The notes: generated by a model from the sequence alone, not told the origin. A stretch of 64,000 nucleotides of DNA from Leptospira sp. (GCA_034439575.1 JAWXAQ010000002.1:64001-128000); one strand, 5' to 3'. Shown: positions 10,475 through 19,961, counted from the first letter of the stretch. Numbers and translations: made by a program.

Positions 10475-11629
10475 TCATTCGCAGGCAATATCGATAAATA
10501 TCGACAATCTACCCTCAATGATTTTGGAGAACACAATCAATTTTTCATTTAAACTATGATCAAAGTAAGGCTCACTCAAATGCCACTGCTCTTGGTTTCG
10601 GAATGCTTTTTTCACATGTTTATAAAAAAACGGAAGATATGACCAATTCTTATCTAGACTAGATTTATTCTCTTTAAATCCAGCTTCTCCTTCGCGTTCG
10701 TAATAGGCAGAAACTTGAGTACCATCCCATTCTGTAATATAGACTCGTTTGATAGAAGGGGAGATTTTGAAAATAGACTGTGCATCAATTAAGACAGTAC
10801 TTCCCATTTTTTTAATTATGATGTTAGTTGCTTCTAGTGAATCCAGAAGTTTGGTCTCAAAAGCAATTTCTTCTGTGATTTTTTTGTGTTTGTATTGATG
10901 AAATGTTTCAAATAGTTCCTTTCTTATTTTCACATTGCCTTGCAAAGGAAGATATTCTTTTATCTCTTCACCTAGTAAGTTTCCTTGCAGAAATCTTGTA
11001 CCGGAATTAAGAGCGATGTGTAACTGACTCTCAGTTGTGATTCCTTCAAAAAATAGCGCCAAACCTGTGCTTAGCGAAAAATCACTTAAATAAGCAAGGA
11101 TTGATTTAAATTCCCTTCCTTGGTTGGACTTATTTAATAAAGAAATATTGATCCTGATGATGTCTGGTTTTAAAGCAGCCAATCTTTCCAAATTGTATGC
11201 TTCTTCTCCCAATCCATCTAAAACTATTTTGAAACCTAATTCCTTTGCAAATTCGACCGCAGTCAATAAAGCATCTAATCTTTGATTTCCATTTCTGTCA
11301 TGAATTATGAGAAAAATATTATCTGATTTCAGTCCTAAATCTGATATTTGTTTTTTGATTTTTGAATGAAGACCGATGGAATTTTCAAAATCGGTAATTA
11401 ATTCTTCTACCGAAATATTTATAAAAATATTGTTTTGAAATTTTGAATCAGCTAATTTTGAGAAGGCTAAGTTGAAAAACGAATTATCAATTTCGTTTAA
11501 TAGATTTTCTAGGAACAAATTTTCTTTTAACTCATATCCGAATATAGATTGATCTTCTACAGAATAAATCGGAATCAATGTGGGAGCTATCTTCGCAGAA
11601 CTAATACTTGGATTTGGTTTTGTTAACAT
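10475..11629 (-). CDS. Degenerate EAL-domain protein with a YkuI-like C-terminal (EAL-associated) domain
   Basis: PIY...GYEL, IFINIS, GFKIVLDGLG, PDIIRIN, FEGI, LQG; C-terminal RVYIT..DG.Q.S...NWS..PFF...SEPY.D. Confidence 0.8.
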   Translation of the reverse strand: MLTKPNPSISSAKIAPTLIPIYSVEDQSIFGYELKENLFLENLLNEIDNSFFNLAFSKLADSKFQNNIFINISVEELITDFENSIGLHSKIKKQISDLGLKSDNIFLIIHDRNGNQRLDALLTAVEFAKELGFKIVLDGLGEEAYNLERLAALKPDIIRINISLLNKSNQGREFKSILAYLSDFSLSTGLALFFEGITTESQLHIALNSGTRFLQGNLLGEEIKEYLPLQGNVKIRKELFETFHQYKHKKITEEIAFETKLLDSLEATNIIIKKMGSTVLIDAQSIFKISPSIKRVYITEWDGTQVSAYYEREGEAGFKENKSSLDKNWSYLPFFYKHVKKAFRNQEQWHLSEPYFDHSLNEKLIVFSKIIEGRLSIFIDIACE

Positions 11630-11631
11630 AA

Positions 11632-12609
11632 TTATAAGAGTCCTTTTTCTTTTAAAAAATCTTTATTGTATATTTTCGATTGGTATTTGGAACCACTGTC
11701 ACATAACACAGTTACGATTGTATGTCCAGGTCCTAATTTTTTTGCCATTTGGTAAGCTGCTCCGAGGTTGATCCCGACTGAACCACCCATAAACAAACCA
11801 TCTTTTTCTAAAACCTGATATAGAATTCTTATGCACTCTTTATCATCAATTTGTATCGCATCATCAACAGGCATTTTTTCCATATTTTTTGTTATGCGAC
11901 CTTGACCAATGCCTTCAGTGATTGAGCTCCCTTCGATTTTGATTTCACCAGTTTTCACAAAGGAAAAAATTCCTGAACCCATCGGATCTGCGACTATACA
12001 TTTGATATTGGGATTTTTTTCTTTTAGAAAGGCTCCTGTTCCCGCATAAGTTCCACCTGTTCCAAGTGCTGTCACCCATACGTCAATTTTGCCTTTCGTA
12101 TCTCTCCATATTTCAGGCCCTGTAGTTTCATAATGCGCCCGTTTGTTGGCAAGATTGTCAAATTGGTTTGCCCATATCGAGTTTGGGATTTCCTTTGCTA
12201 GTTTCTCAGATACTCTAACATAATTATTGGGATTAATATAAGGAACGGCTTCTGCGAGTATTACATCAGCACCTAATGTTCGCAATGTTTCTATTTTTTC
12301 TTTTGATTGTGTTTTAGGAATAATGATAACGGATCTATAACCTTTCGCATTACAGATGTGAGTGAGTCCGATGCCAGTATTGCCTGCAGTACCTTCAACA
12401 ACCGTCCCCCCTTTTTTCAAAATTCCTTTTTTTTCGGCATCTTGGATAATATAGAGCGCGGCCCTGTCTTTCACCGAACCACCGGGATTCATAAATTCGG
12501 CCTTGCCCAAAATTTCACAACCCGTCTCCTCACTTAGAGAATGGATGCGAATCAGAGGCGTATTCCCAATAGAATCCACAAATCCTTGTCTGATAAATTG
12601 GTTCGTCAT
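11632..12609 (-). CDS. cysK: Cysteine synthase (O-acetylserine sulfhydrylase)
   Basis: IGNTPL; KAEFMNPGGSVKDR (PLP lysine); EGTAGNTG; GTGGT; SD GGAG 8 nt before the ATG at 12609. Confidence 0.93.
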   Translation of the reverse strand: MTNQFIRQGFVDSIGNTPLIRIHSLSEETGCEILGKAEFMNPGGSVKDRAALYIIQDAEKKGILKKGGTVVEGTAGNTGIGLTHICNAKGYRSVIIIPKTQSKEKIETLRTLGADVILAEAVPYINPNNYVRVSEKLAKEIPNSIWANQFDNLANKRAHYETTGPEIWRDTKGKIDVWVTALGTGGTYAGTGAFLKEKNPNIKCIVADPMGSGIFSFVKTGEIKIEGSSITEGIGQGRITKNMEKMPVDDAIQIDDKECIRILYQVLEKDGLFMGGSVGINLGAAYQMAKKLGPGHTIVTVLCDSGSKYQSKIYNKDFLKEKGLL

Positions 12610-12744
12610 AATCAAAACTCCAGAAGTCCTTTCTGGACAATTGAAGTAAATTCTGCTCAGGATACCAGAAATAAATCAATATATGAGAAATAAAATTCGT
12701 TATATTGGAAAATTTTCCTAAATTAAACAAATGGCAAAAGATTT

Positions 12745-12878
12745 GGGCGCCTCGCATTCTTTACAGGACTGCTGCCTTTTTAAGGAAGCGAACGGGCTAT
12801 CCGCTACAATCCTTCGCAAATTTACTTATAGGGATGATAAAAATGGCGCGAAGGGATTTTCGCTACTATCCCTGGCGC
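12745..12878 (+). ncRNA. Flavo-1-like structured RNA / intergenic repeat, copy 2 (longer variable stems)
   Basis: Same conserved blocks as 5805-5883, with inserted variable regions and a covarying stem AATCCTTCGC/GCGAAGGGATT. Confidence 0.65.
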
Positions 12879-12963
12879 GGTAAATGGTTTGCATAGTCTA
12901 ATTAAAGTTAGACTTAATTTTCTTTAAACTTTTAGCTAATCAGAATTAAAATAGAATTTTTAA

Positions 12964-13965
12964 CTATTTTACGAACACCTGATCAAAGGAAGCTCCATCG
13001 GCAAAATGATCTTTTTGAGCTTTGATCCAACCTCCAAAATCATTATCAATAGTTACCAATTCAATCTTTGGAAATTTATGTTCGTATTTTTTTAATACTT
13101 TTTCATTGCGAGGGCGGTACCCGTGTTTGGCGATAATTTCTTGTGCGGACTCAGAATAAAGTGACTTTAAGTAAGCCTTGGAAGCCTCAAGTGTTCCATG
13201 TTTGGTGGCATATTTTTCTACTAAGGCAACTGGAGGTTCTGCAAGAATACTCAATGAGGGAATCACGACTTCAAATTTATCTTTTCCAAATTCATCCAAG
13301 ATCAGAAAAGATTCATTTTCCCATGCAAGTAACACATCACCTAATTCGTTTTTTGCGAATGTTGTACTCGATCCTCTCGCTCCTGAATCAAGCACGGGTA
13401 CATTTTTGTATAAAGTTTTTATAAAATTTTCTACTTTTGTTCTATCTTTATTGAATTTCTTTTCTGCAAAGGCCCAAGCGGCTAAATAATTCCATCTAGC
13501 ACCTCCACTTGTTTTTGGATTGGGAGTGATGACTGAAACTTTTGGTTTTACTAAATCATCCCAATCTTTAATATTCTTGGGATTTCCTTTTCTCACAACA
13601 AATACAATCGTCGATGTATAAGGTGTGCTATTATATGGTAGAGATTTGGCCCAGTCTCTGGATATCAATCCTTTGGAAGCGATGATATCAATGTCGTAAG
13701 CAAGTGCCAATGTAACAATGTCTGCTTCCAATCCTTCAATCACTGAGCGGGCTTGTTTGCCACTTCCGGCATGTGATTGGTTAATATGAACATCGATTCC
13801 CGTTTTTGATTTCCAATAGTTTACAAACAATTTGTTGTATTCTGCATACAATTCTCTAGTCGGATCGTAAGAGACATTTAACAGTTTTAAGTCTTCGGCT
13901 AAAAGACTTATGCTCTGGAAAACTAAGAGGGTTGATATTGTGATTTGTTTGAGTAGCGTTTTCAT
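12964..13965 (-). CDS. sbp: Sulfate ABC transporter substrate-binding protein
   Basis: [48 protein letters not shown]. Confidence 0.96.
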   Translation of the reverse strand: MKTLLKQITISTLLVFQSISLLAEDLKLLNVSYDPTRELYAEYNKLFVNYWKSKTGIDVHINQSHAGSGKQARSVIEGLEADIVTLALAYDIDIIASKGLISRDWAKSLPYNSTPYTSTIVFVVRKGNPKNIKDWDDLVKPKVSVITPNPKTSGGARWNYLAAWAFAEKKFNKDRTKVENFIKTLYKNVPVLDSGARGSSTTFAKNELGDVLLAWENESFLILDEFGKDKFEVVIPSLSILAEPPVALVEKYATKHGTLEASKAYLKSLYSESAQEIIAKHGYRPRNEKVLKKYEHKFPKIELVTIDNDFGGWIKAQKDHFADGASFDQVFVK

Positions 13966-14033
13966 TTTTTTTTCCTTTGATCAATTCATTTGTAATATTT
14001 ATAAAACGTAAATTTTGTATCTTCAACCTTTCC

Positions 14034-14963
14034 TTAAAATACCGGGTAGGTAGAAGGGCAGATCCCACTGGCAGGTGTAGCGCCTGATGCTGGTAATTCG
14101 CCTGCACTAGTTCCATATCTACATAATAAACTTGGAGTAATTGTTTCGGTAATTGCCTTACGATCAGAAACATTAATTTCTTCTTTGAAAAACTCTTGAA
14201 GCGAGGGGATTTTTGCATAAGCTGATTTCAAGGTTGTGTTTCCTAAGATCACTTTTTTGAAACAAGCTGCATCTTGTGTGATAGAGGGCAGAAGAGCATT
14301 GGCCTCTGCACCATCAAAAAGTGTTATTTCGGCTGCATTCACAAGTCGCAAATTTCCAATCACAAGTTCTTCATATTTTAAATCCAAAGTCTTGTTAATA
14401 ATTGCATTTGAGGTAACAATGCTATCATAACTAACTTTCATGTCTGCCTTAGCATTTGTGATGGTATGATATCGAAATGTATTTCGAAGCGCACTGAGAC
14501 TTGCCTCATCTTTACAAAGATAAACTCGAGGGACCACTTTATAACATCCATTAGGACTTGCATTTGCGGCCTCCGTTAAAGAAGTTACACTCACTAATTC
14601 TCGACTTGCTATGCTTGTTTTTATTAGATCAGAGCACTCATTGTACTTATCGAATGTCAAAGCCAAACCGTTGTAATATGAATCGGAGGCATTTTTCGCA
14701 TCTTGTGCATTTGTCACTAAGGTGTGAAACGTGTTTTCTCGACAGCGACCAGAAGCTACAACACTGGCAGTCGCTGAATAAACCGCAGTTCCATCACTGC
14801 CAGTGGACTTTTCAATCAATGCGCAGTTTCCTGACGAGTTATTTTGTAATAACCGAAAGTATTCCCCATATGTTTTTAAGTCTACGGGCTCATCTTTTTT
14901 ACAGCCTATAAAAAATAAGTTAAGAGTAATGATTATGATTGTTATATTTTTAAAATTTTTCAT
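14034..14963 (-). CDS. Uncharacterised Cys-rich lipoprotein
   Basis: Lipobox FIGC; eight further Cys; SD AAGGA; co-oriented between the porin and sbp. Confidence 0.75.
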   Translation of the reverse strand: MKNFKNITIIIITLNLFFIGCKKDEPVDLKTYGEYFRLLQNNSSGNCALIEKSTGSDGTAVYSATASVVASGRCRENTFHTLVTNAQDAKNASDSYYNGLALTFDKYNECSDLIKTSIASRELVSVTSLTEAANASPNGCYKVVPRVYLCKDEASLSALRNTFRYHTITNAKADMKVSYDSIVTSNAIINKTLDLKYEELVIGNLRLVNAAEITLFDGAEANALLPSITQDAACFKKVILGNTTLKSAYAKIPSLQEFFKEEINVSDRKAITETITPSLLCRYGTSAGELPASGATPASGICPSTYPVF

Positions 14964-15015
14964 TTTTATTTCCTTAGCATAAATATATTCTAATGTACGA
15001 TTGTTTTAGCACATT

Positions 15016-16608
15016 TTAGAATAAACTATACATTACCTCCAGATATCCAAAATGGGAATTGATTTCTCTTCCTGTTGTATTGATTGTAAAATCCCCTGGT
15101 TTGAAATAGGCATAACCTAGATTGGCTTTGATTTTGGAATTTATATCAAATCGAACTCTGTAATTGTACTCCATGCCCATATAGTCTCCACTTTGCCCAG
15201 TTTGATCACGTAAATTGCCTACGCCGCTCCATCTATCTTTAGCACTTGCTAAGTAAAACCAAACAACTGCCGTATCCATTTTGATTCCACGAAACGGTTC
15301 AAATTCTAACACTAACTTGGGTGATTTGACATTTTCCATTTGAATGTAATCATTGCTAGACCAAGGTCTTGCAAAACCAAATAGCCTTTCAAATCTTTGA
15401 TTTGTATTATCGAGTGGGTTTCTATCTCCCGAAACATAACCGAAGAAAAAACCAGTTCTTGGTTTCCAAGGATGATTAAAAGAATAACCAGTATCAAAGG
15501 TAAATGCAAATGCTTCATGCCTTTGTTGCTTTTCTGTATCATTGACACCAAACTGAGTGATACCAGATATATCATAATCAAAACCAGACATATATACATT
15601 ATAAATTCTGATTCCAGCTGTGTGTATTTCACGACCGATACGATTATTTGGCTCATAGGCTAACTTCGATTCATTATAAATAGATTGTTCTAATCTAGAT
15701 TGTTTGAGAGTTAATAAATAAGGTTCTATCGTGATAATTTTTGACCAATGGCGGATATGTCCTATAATTCCACCAAACAACTGATTTCTGATTGGTTTAT
15801 CCAGTTCGTTAGTCAATCTTTCTATAGGCTTTAGAGCAAGGAAATCAACACTCCAATTATTTTGATCCTTTCCGAGGGAGATTTTAGTTCCTTGGAAAGT
15901 ATTAGTTGTGTTTCGCCATTCATTTAGACCAATCAATCGACGATCTAAAAATTCGAACGCCATTACCCCATAACGAATGCTAAGTGGTCTATTGATTCCT
16001 ACACCATTTTTAAAATACAGTTCACCGTATGCATTGATCGGCTCAGCCCTATTGTAATCCCGGTTATCAATTTCGTATTTGCTAAATTCTCTTTGAGCAT
16101 CTTCAATTTCGACTACAAAGCGAAACGGATCTAGTTTCTCTTTAAGCCCAAGGTATCCTCTCGTACGAAGTAATAATGGTCTGTCCACGCCTGAATCAGC
16201 TCGTCTAAGATCATTCTCTCTGTGTTCGTATCTAGTTCTATAATCAAGTCCAGCTTCGATCCAGTCCAAATTTTTAAAGGATTCGATTCCTGTTTGGCTC
16301 AACGGCTTAACATACGTTTGTGGGATTAAAATTCGAGTAGTGCCATAACTTTTGGGATTAACGTAATAGTCTTTTTCATTTTTTCGTTCCTCCTCTGCGA
16401 GTTCCTTTTGTATAGATTCTATTCCCTTGCCATCATTTGGTTGTTCTTCATATTTAACATCTTCTGGCGGATCTAGATTTGTGGTGAGCGGTGCCGCCTC
16501 TGTTTTTGTCGCTTTTGGTTTTTCTTCTTTAGCTGGTTGCCCATTTAGATTTGCATAGCTGGTAAGAAGGCAGAAACCGACCAATAATTGTAGTATTTGT
16601 TTTTTCAC
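15016..16608 (-). CDS. Alginate-export (AlgE-like) family outer-membrane beta-barrel
   Basis: Signal peptide; YRTRYE.R.N, LLRTR.YLG, DRRLIG.N.WRNT.N.F.G, SGD.NP.D....F..LFG; C-terminal Phe. Confidence 0.85.
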   Translation of the reverse strand: MKKQILQLLVGFCLLTSYANLNGQPAKEEKPKATKTEAAPLTTNLDPPEDVKYEEQPNDGKGIESIQKELAEEERKNEKDYYVNPKSYGTTRILIPQTYVKPLSQTGIESFKNLDWIEAGLDYRTRYEHRENDLRRADSGVDRPLLLRTRGYLGLKEKLDPFRFVVEIEDAQREFSKYEIDNRDYNRAEPINAYGELYFKNGVGINRPLSIRYGVMAFEFLDRRLIGLNEWRNTTNTFQGTKISLGKDQNNWSVDFLALKPIERLTNELDKPIRNQLFGGIIGHIRHWSKIITIEPYLLTLKQSRLEQSIYNESKLAYEPNNRIGREIHTAGIRIYNVYMSGFDYDISGITQFGVNDTEKQQRHEAFAFTFDTGYSFNHPWKPRTGFFFGYVSGDRNPLDNTNQRFERLFGFARPWSSNDYIQMENVKSPKLVLEFEPFRGIKMDTAVVWFYLASAKDRWSGVGNLRDQTGQSGDYMGMEYNYRVRFDINSKIKANLGYAYFKPGDFTINTTGREINSHFGYLEVMYSLF

Positions 16609-17094
16609 TTTGAGACCCCCGATTCGACCAGTGTTGCCAAGGGAAGATATTATCCAATATTGTCTACAAAATAATCTGTTATAGTGAATAAATATTTCAT
16701 TTTTATTTCCATTAAGTCAATAATGGCAGTAAATTTAACATTTTGTCTAGTTTATTGGACATTTAATCGTAAATGGATTTAAATTAATGGGGTGACACAA
16801 AAATCTATATGATTCGGATTTCATTCAAAATTAGGTGAGTATTGGCGAAAAAGGTAACGATTAACATTACATTGAATGGAAATAGTCTCTTAAAATTTCT
16901 CAAATTCCTAAACAAAATACAATTCTGAAACTTTAGTATAAACTAATATAAGTTAAAGTTTAGTAATATTTGAAAGAATAGATACAAAGAACAATGATGC
17001 GTTTAGATTCGAGGCATTTAGCTAAAGATAGAAAACCGATATTATTATATTGCCAATTGAAATAAATAATAAAATCATATGGCGAAACAAGCAT

Positions 17095-17979
17095 ATGGAT
17101 TCCACTTTTAGAACATATCATTGTTTGAGTTTAACACTCATATTTTTATTTTGTTTTCCTATATTTTCCGAAACGATTTTACTAAAAAATGGGGAAGTGA
17201 TCATCGGTCAGGTAACAGATCAAAATGATGCTTTTGTCAAAATCCAAATTGAAAATGGAAAAAATGTAGAGATCAATAAAAATCAAATTCTTAAAATAAT
17301 ATATAGAACACTGACAGATACAGAAATTAAAAAAGTTCATGCCGAAGAATTAAAGTTAGCAAAAGAAAAAGAAGAGGAAGCTAAAAATTTAAAAAAATAT
17401 CAAACCAAACAAAGATTAGACTCTCTAGATAAAGATGGAAACAACGAAAATTCATCAAAAACAAAATTGAACGAATGGCAACTACTCAGAAAATCTGCAT
17501 ACCTACCAACGTCTGGTCTTTGGGAGCAAAAAGAAAAAAAATTTGCGATCGGTTATGCGAGTCTTTTGTTTCTTGGAATATTAAAGACATTATACTATCA
17601 AGAAAAACTTTCTGAAGCACAATACCACTATGACAATTTACTCATTGGTTCGCAGATTATTTCGGTAAAAAATAGTTCATTATCAAATGCAAAATTAACC
17701 GATCTTGGTTTGGTTACCAATTTGGAAACCAATGCGGCAGAAATCAGAAAAATAGATTTAGAATATAAGGATTCAATTAAATTAGTAGGCATCGTATATT
17801 TAGCTCAATTATTACACACTTACGTATTAGCCAAAAAAAATAGAGGAGTTGCCCAGGAAGAGAATTTATCCGGCATTAAATTTAACGGCAATTCCTTGTC
17901 CAAGAATCATCTGATGCGAGACAATGTTCAAAAAAACGAATACCAAATGTATATTTATTATGAGCAGAACTATGAATAA
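17095..17979 (+). CDS. Leptospira exported protein with an ETILLKNG N-terminal domain (LA_0442/LA_0875-type)
   Basis: Signal ending PIFS, then ETILLKNG.VI.GQV..Q....V.I...I.K..ILKI.Y; LRKSA.LP..G.W segment. Confidence 0.7.
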   Translation: MDSTFRTYHCLSLTLIFLFCFPIFSETILLKNGEVIIGQVTDQNDAFVKIQIENGKNVEINKNQILKIIYRTLTDTEIKKVHAEELKLAKEKEEEAKNLKKYQTKQRLDSLDKDGNNENSSKTKLNEWQLLRKSAYLPTSGLWEQKEKKFAIGYASLLFLGILKTLYYQEKLSEAQYHYDNLLIGSQIISVKNSSLSNAKLTDLGLVTNLETNAAEIRKIDLEYKDSIKLVGIVYLAQLLHTYVLAKKNRGVAQEENLSGIKFNGNSLSKNHLMRDNVQKNEYQMYIYYEQNYE

Positions 17980-18264
17980 ATATTTTATATTATTTCTTTG
18001 TTTCGCTTCCGTTCAATGTCTACGTTTCGAGAAAGGATTATTTTTACCTGCATCCTTGTTTTTCTAGGAACCAGTAAAAATTCTTTGGGTTTTGTACAAA
18101 CTGCTGGGATTTATGGAACAGCTTGGGAATCAATCATTGCACCAACTAACAAGATTGTTACTGTTGGCAGTGGGATTGGACTCGGCCCAGGGGGTTTCAC
18201 TCGCTTTGACATAAGAAGATACAATTCAGATGGCTTTCTTGACAACTGGCACCGGATCAAATAA
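17972..18264 (+). pseudogene. Frameshifted, truncated lipoprotein with a delta-60-like repeat
   Basis: The ATG at 17972 gives MNKYFILFLCFASVQC..., which stops after a T5 run (about 18059-18063); the adjacent frame continues ...KIVTVG....FDIRRYNSDGFLD. Confidence 0.5.
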
Positions 18265-18345
18265 TTTTTTTCACCCCCTTATACGAATGGCGAGAGTGGA
18301 AATAAATTAAATGGGACTTTTGTATATTAAGAGGAAATCCTCAAT

Positions 18346-19443
18346 TTAATATTGACAAGACCCAGTCGGAGCTGTTTGGCGACATGAAGATAGACTTCCA
18401 TAACATAAACTTGAGTTATTGCAAGAATATGGCGTCGATGCTTGACATCCAGCAGCAATTCCAGAAGTATTGCATGTTAAATCAGCGACTGCTATGACTC
18501 GAAATGAAATTAAATTGGCATTCGCATTACCAGCAGTGTTGGTTCCTCTTATTGTAATCGAATTCGAGCTAGCAGAACCGGCCGTAGTTCCAGAAATAAC
18601 ACCTGTTGTTGTATTAAGAGAGATTCCAGCTGGTAGAGTCCCTGAAGTCAAAGAGTATGTTAATGTTGTAGCTGTCACTGTAGTGGGAGTAATTGAAATT
18701 GCAGTATTCACTGGATAATATAAGAAAGAACTGGCATAATTGATCCTAGCTGTCGTTATTTCAATAGAATTTGAAGTATTGGATAGATTCCCAGCTGTAT
18801 TGGATGCAGTTATTGTATAAGAAGTTGACGATTGCGTTGCTGTTGGAGTGCCGGAAATCGCACCTGTCGAAGTATTTATAGTTAGACCAGAAGGAAGGGA
18901 AGGCGAAATCGAAAAAGTACACGGAAAACATCCGGTTTTATAAATCGACGATCCTGAAACAGAAACGCCAACTACATAGGAACCATAAACGCTGCTTAAA
19001 TAGCTAGGTGCAGATGCATTAATGGTCATATCAATCGTAGCAGTTCCCGTGGAATTTCCAATAGTGGCTGTCACAGTATATGTAGTTTTTTGTTGGGGTT
19101 CTGTAGGGGTACCAGAAATTGTAAATGTAGTCAGAGTCGTACTTGTTGAAGACGTTAGGCCAGTCGGGAGACTTGGAGAAATTGAAAATGTTGCCGTACT
19201 GCTACTAGTTGTATAACAACTGATAGTTGAAATCGCCGTACCTGCAGAATATGTAAATGAAGCTGTACTTGATGAAGTGCCACCACAATATACCGAAATG
19301 CTTCCATTGTTCGATGTGGAAGACCTTGCACCACCACTAGCTAGAGCTAATAAAAGTGTGGAAGAACTTTCATCACTTTTACCACCAGATTCGCAGTTTA
19401 TCGAAAATAACAAAAGAATTAAAAGTTTAGCATATTTTTTCAT
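18346..19443 (-). CDS. Putative-Ig-domain (He_PIG) surface lipoprotein with a six-Cys C-terminal tip
   Basis: The ATG at 19443 gives MKKYAKLLILLLFSINC; three LP.G....T.TG.ISGT(P)T...y.ita.n..G repeats; Cys-rich end. Confidence 0.82.
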   Translation of the reverse strand: MKKYAKLLILLLFSINCESGGKSDESSSTLLLALASGGARSSTSNNGSISVYCGGTSSSTASFTYSAGTAISTISCYTTSSSTATFSISPSLPTGLTSSTSTTLTTFTISGTPTEPQQKTTYTVTATIGNSTGTATIDMTINASAPSYLSSVYGSYVVGVSVSGSSIYKTGCFPCTFSISPSLPSGLTINTSTGAISGTPTATQSSTSYTITASNTAGNLSNTSNSIEITTARINYASSFLYYPVNTAISITPTTVTATTLTYSLTSGTLPAGISLNTTTGVISGTTAGSASSNSITIRGTNTAGNANANLISFRVIAVADLTCNTSGIAAGCQASTPYSCNNSSLCYGSLSSCRQTAPTGSCQY

Positions 19444-19702
19444 AGTACCAGAATTTAGCACAACGTATACTTTGTCAAACAAACAGGAATAAGGTAGTCT
19501 TATTGGAAAAATATAATTAGATATTTTGATATAACATATTATAATTGCAAATTTGCCCTTTACGGAATTTTAATTAGCCAATTCAATTAATATGCACGAT
19601 AAAATTTTTAAAAATTGGGCCCAGAAAATTATTTTCTAAGTTCATCTTTTTGCTGTTAAATGGCAAAACTTTCGAAAATATTAAGCTATATTCATAGACA
19701 AT

Positions 19703-19909
19703 ATGAAAAAACTTACTTATTTACTTTTAATCTTCCCTTTTTGTACAAATTGTATACTAAAATCTTTTCTTGATTCGCCTATTAAATCCGGATGAGTGTC
19801 TGATTTTGAATTTAGTGATTGAACATTTATTTCTTGTCCAGTTATGAAAATGTGCACTGTTTATTCAGATTGCTATACTAGAAATTTTGTTTCAAATATA
19901 TCTAATTAA
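19703..19909 (+). pseudogene. Decayed small lipoprotein gene
   Basis: MKKLTYLLLIFPFCTNC signal/lipobox; the frame is interrupted by two TGA codons (19793, 19820) and ends at TAA 19909. Confidence 0.35.
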
Positions 19910-19921
19910 GTTTAACTTATG

Positions 19922-19961
19922 GAGTCATATCTGACCTAATCCATTTAGGTCAGATTGACTC
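19922..19961 (-). terminator. Long hairpin downstream of the 19980-21635 gene
   Basis: GAGTCA-t-ATCTGACCTAA-tccat-TTAGGTCAGAT-TGACTC. Confidence 0.65.

Noticed and set aside
12896-12914. Palindrome AGTCTAA-N6-TTAGACT as an operator shared with the 16744 palindrome
   Set aside because: The half-site spacing differs (8 versus 6 nt between the GTCTA and TRGAC cores), and it could simply be a terminator hairpin.
19793-19961. Selenocysteine read-through of in-frame TGA codons aided by the nearby hairpin
   Set aside because: A bacterial SECIS must directly follow the UGA. This hairpin is 100 nt or more away and is explained as the terminator of the opposite gene.
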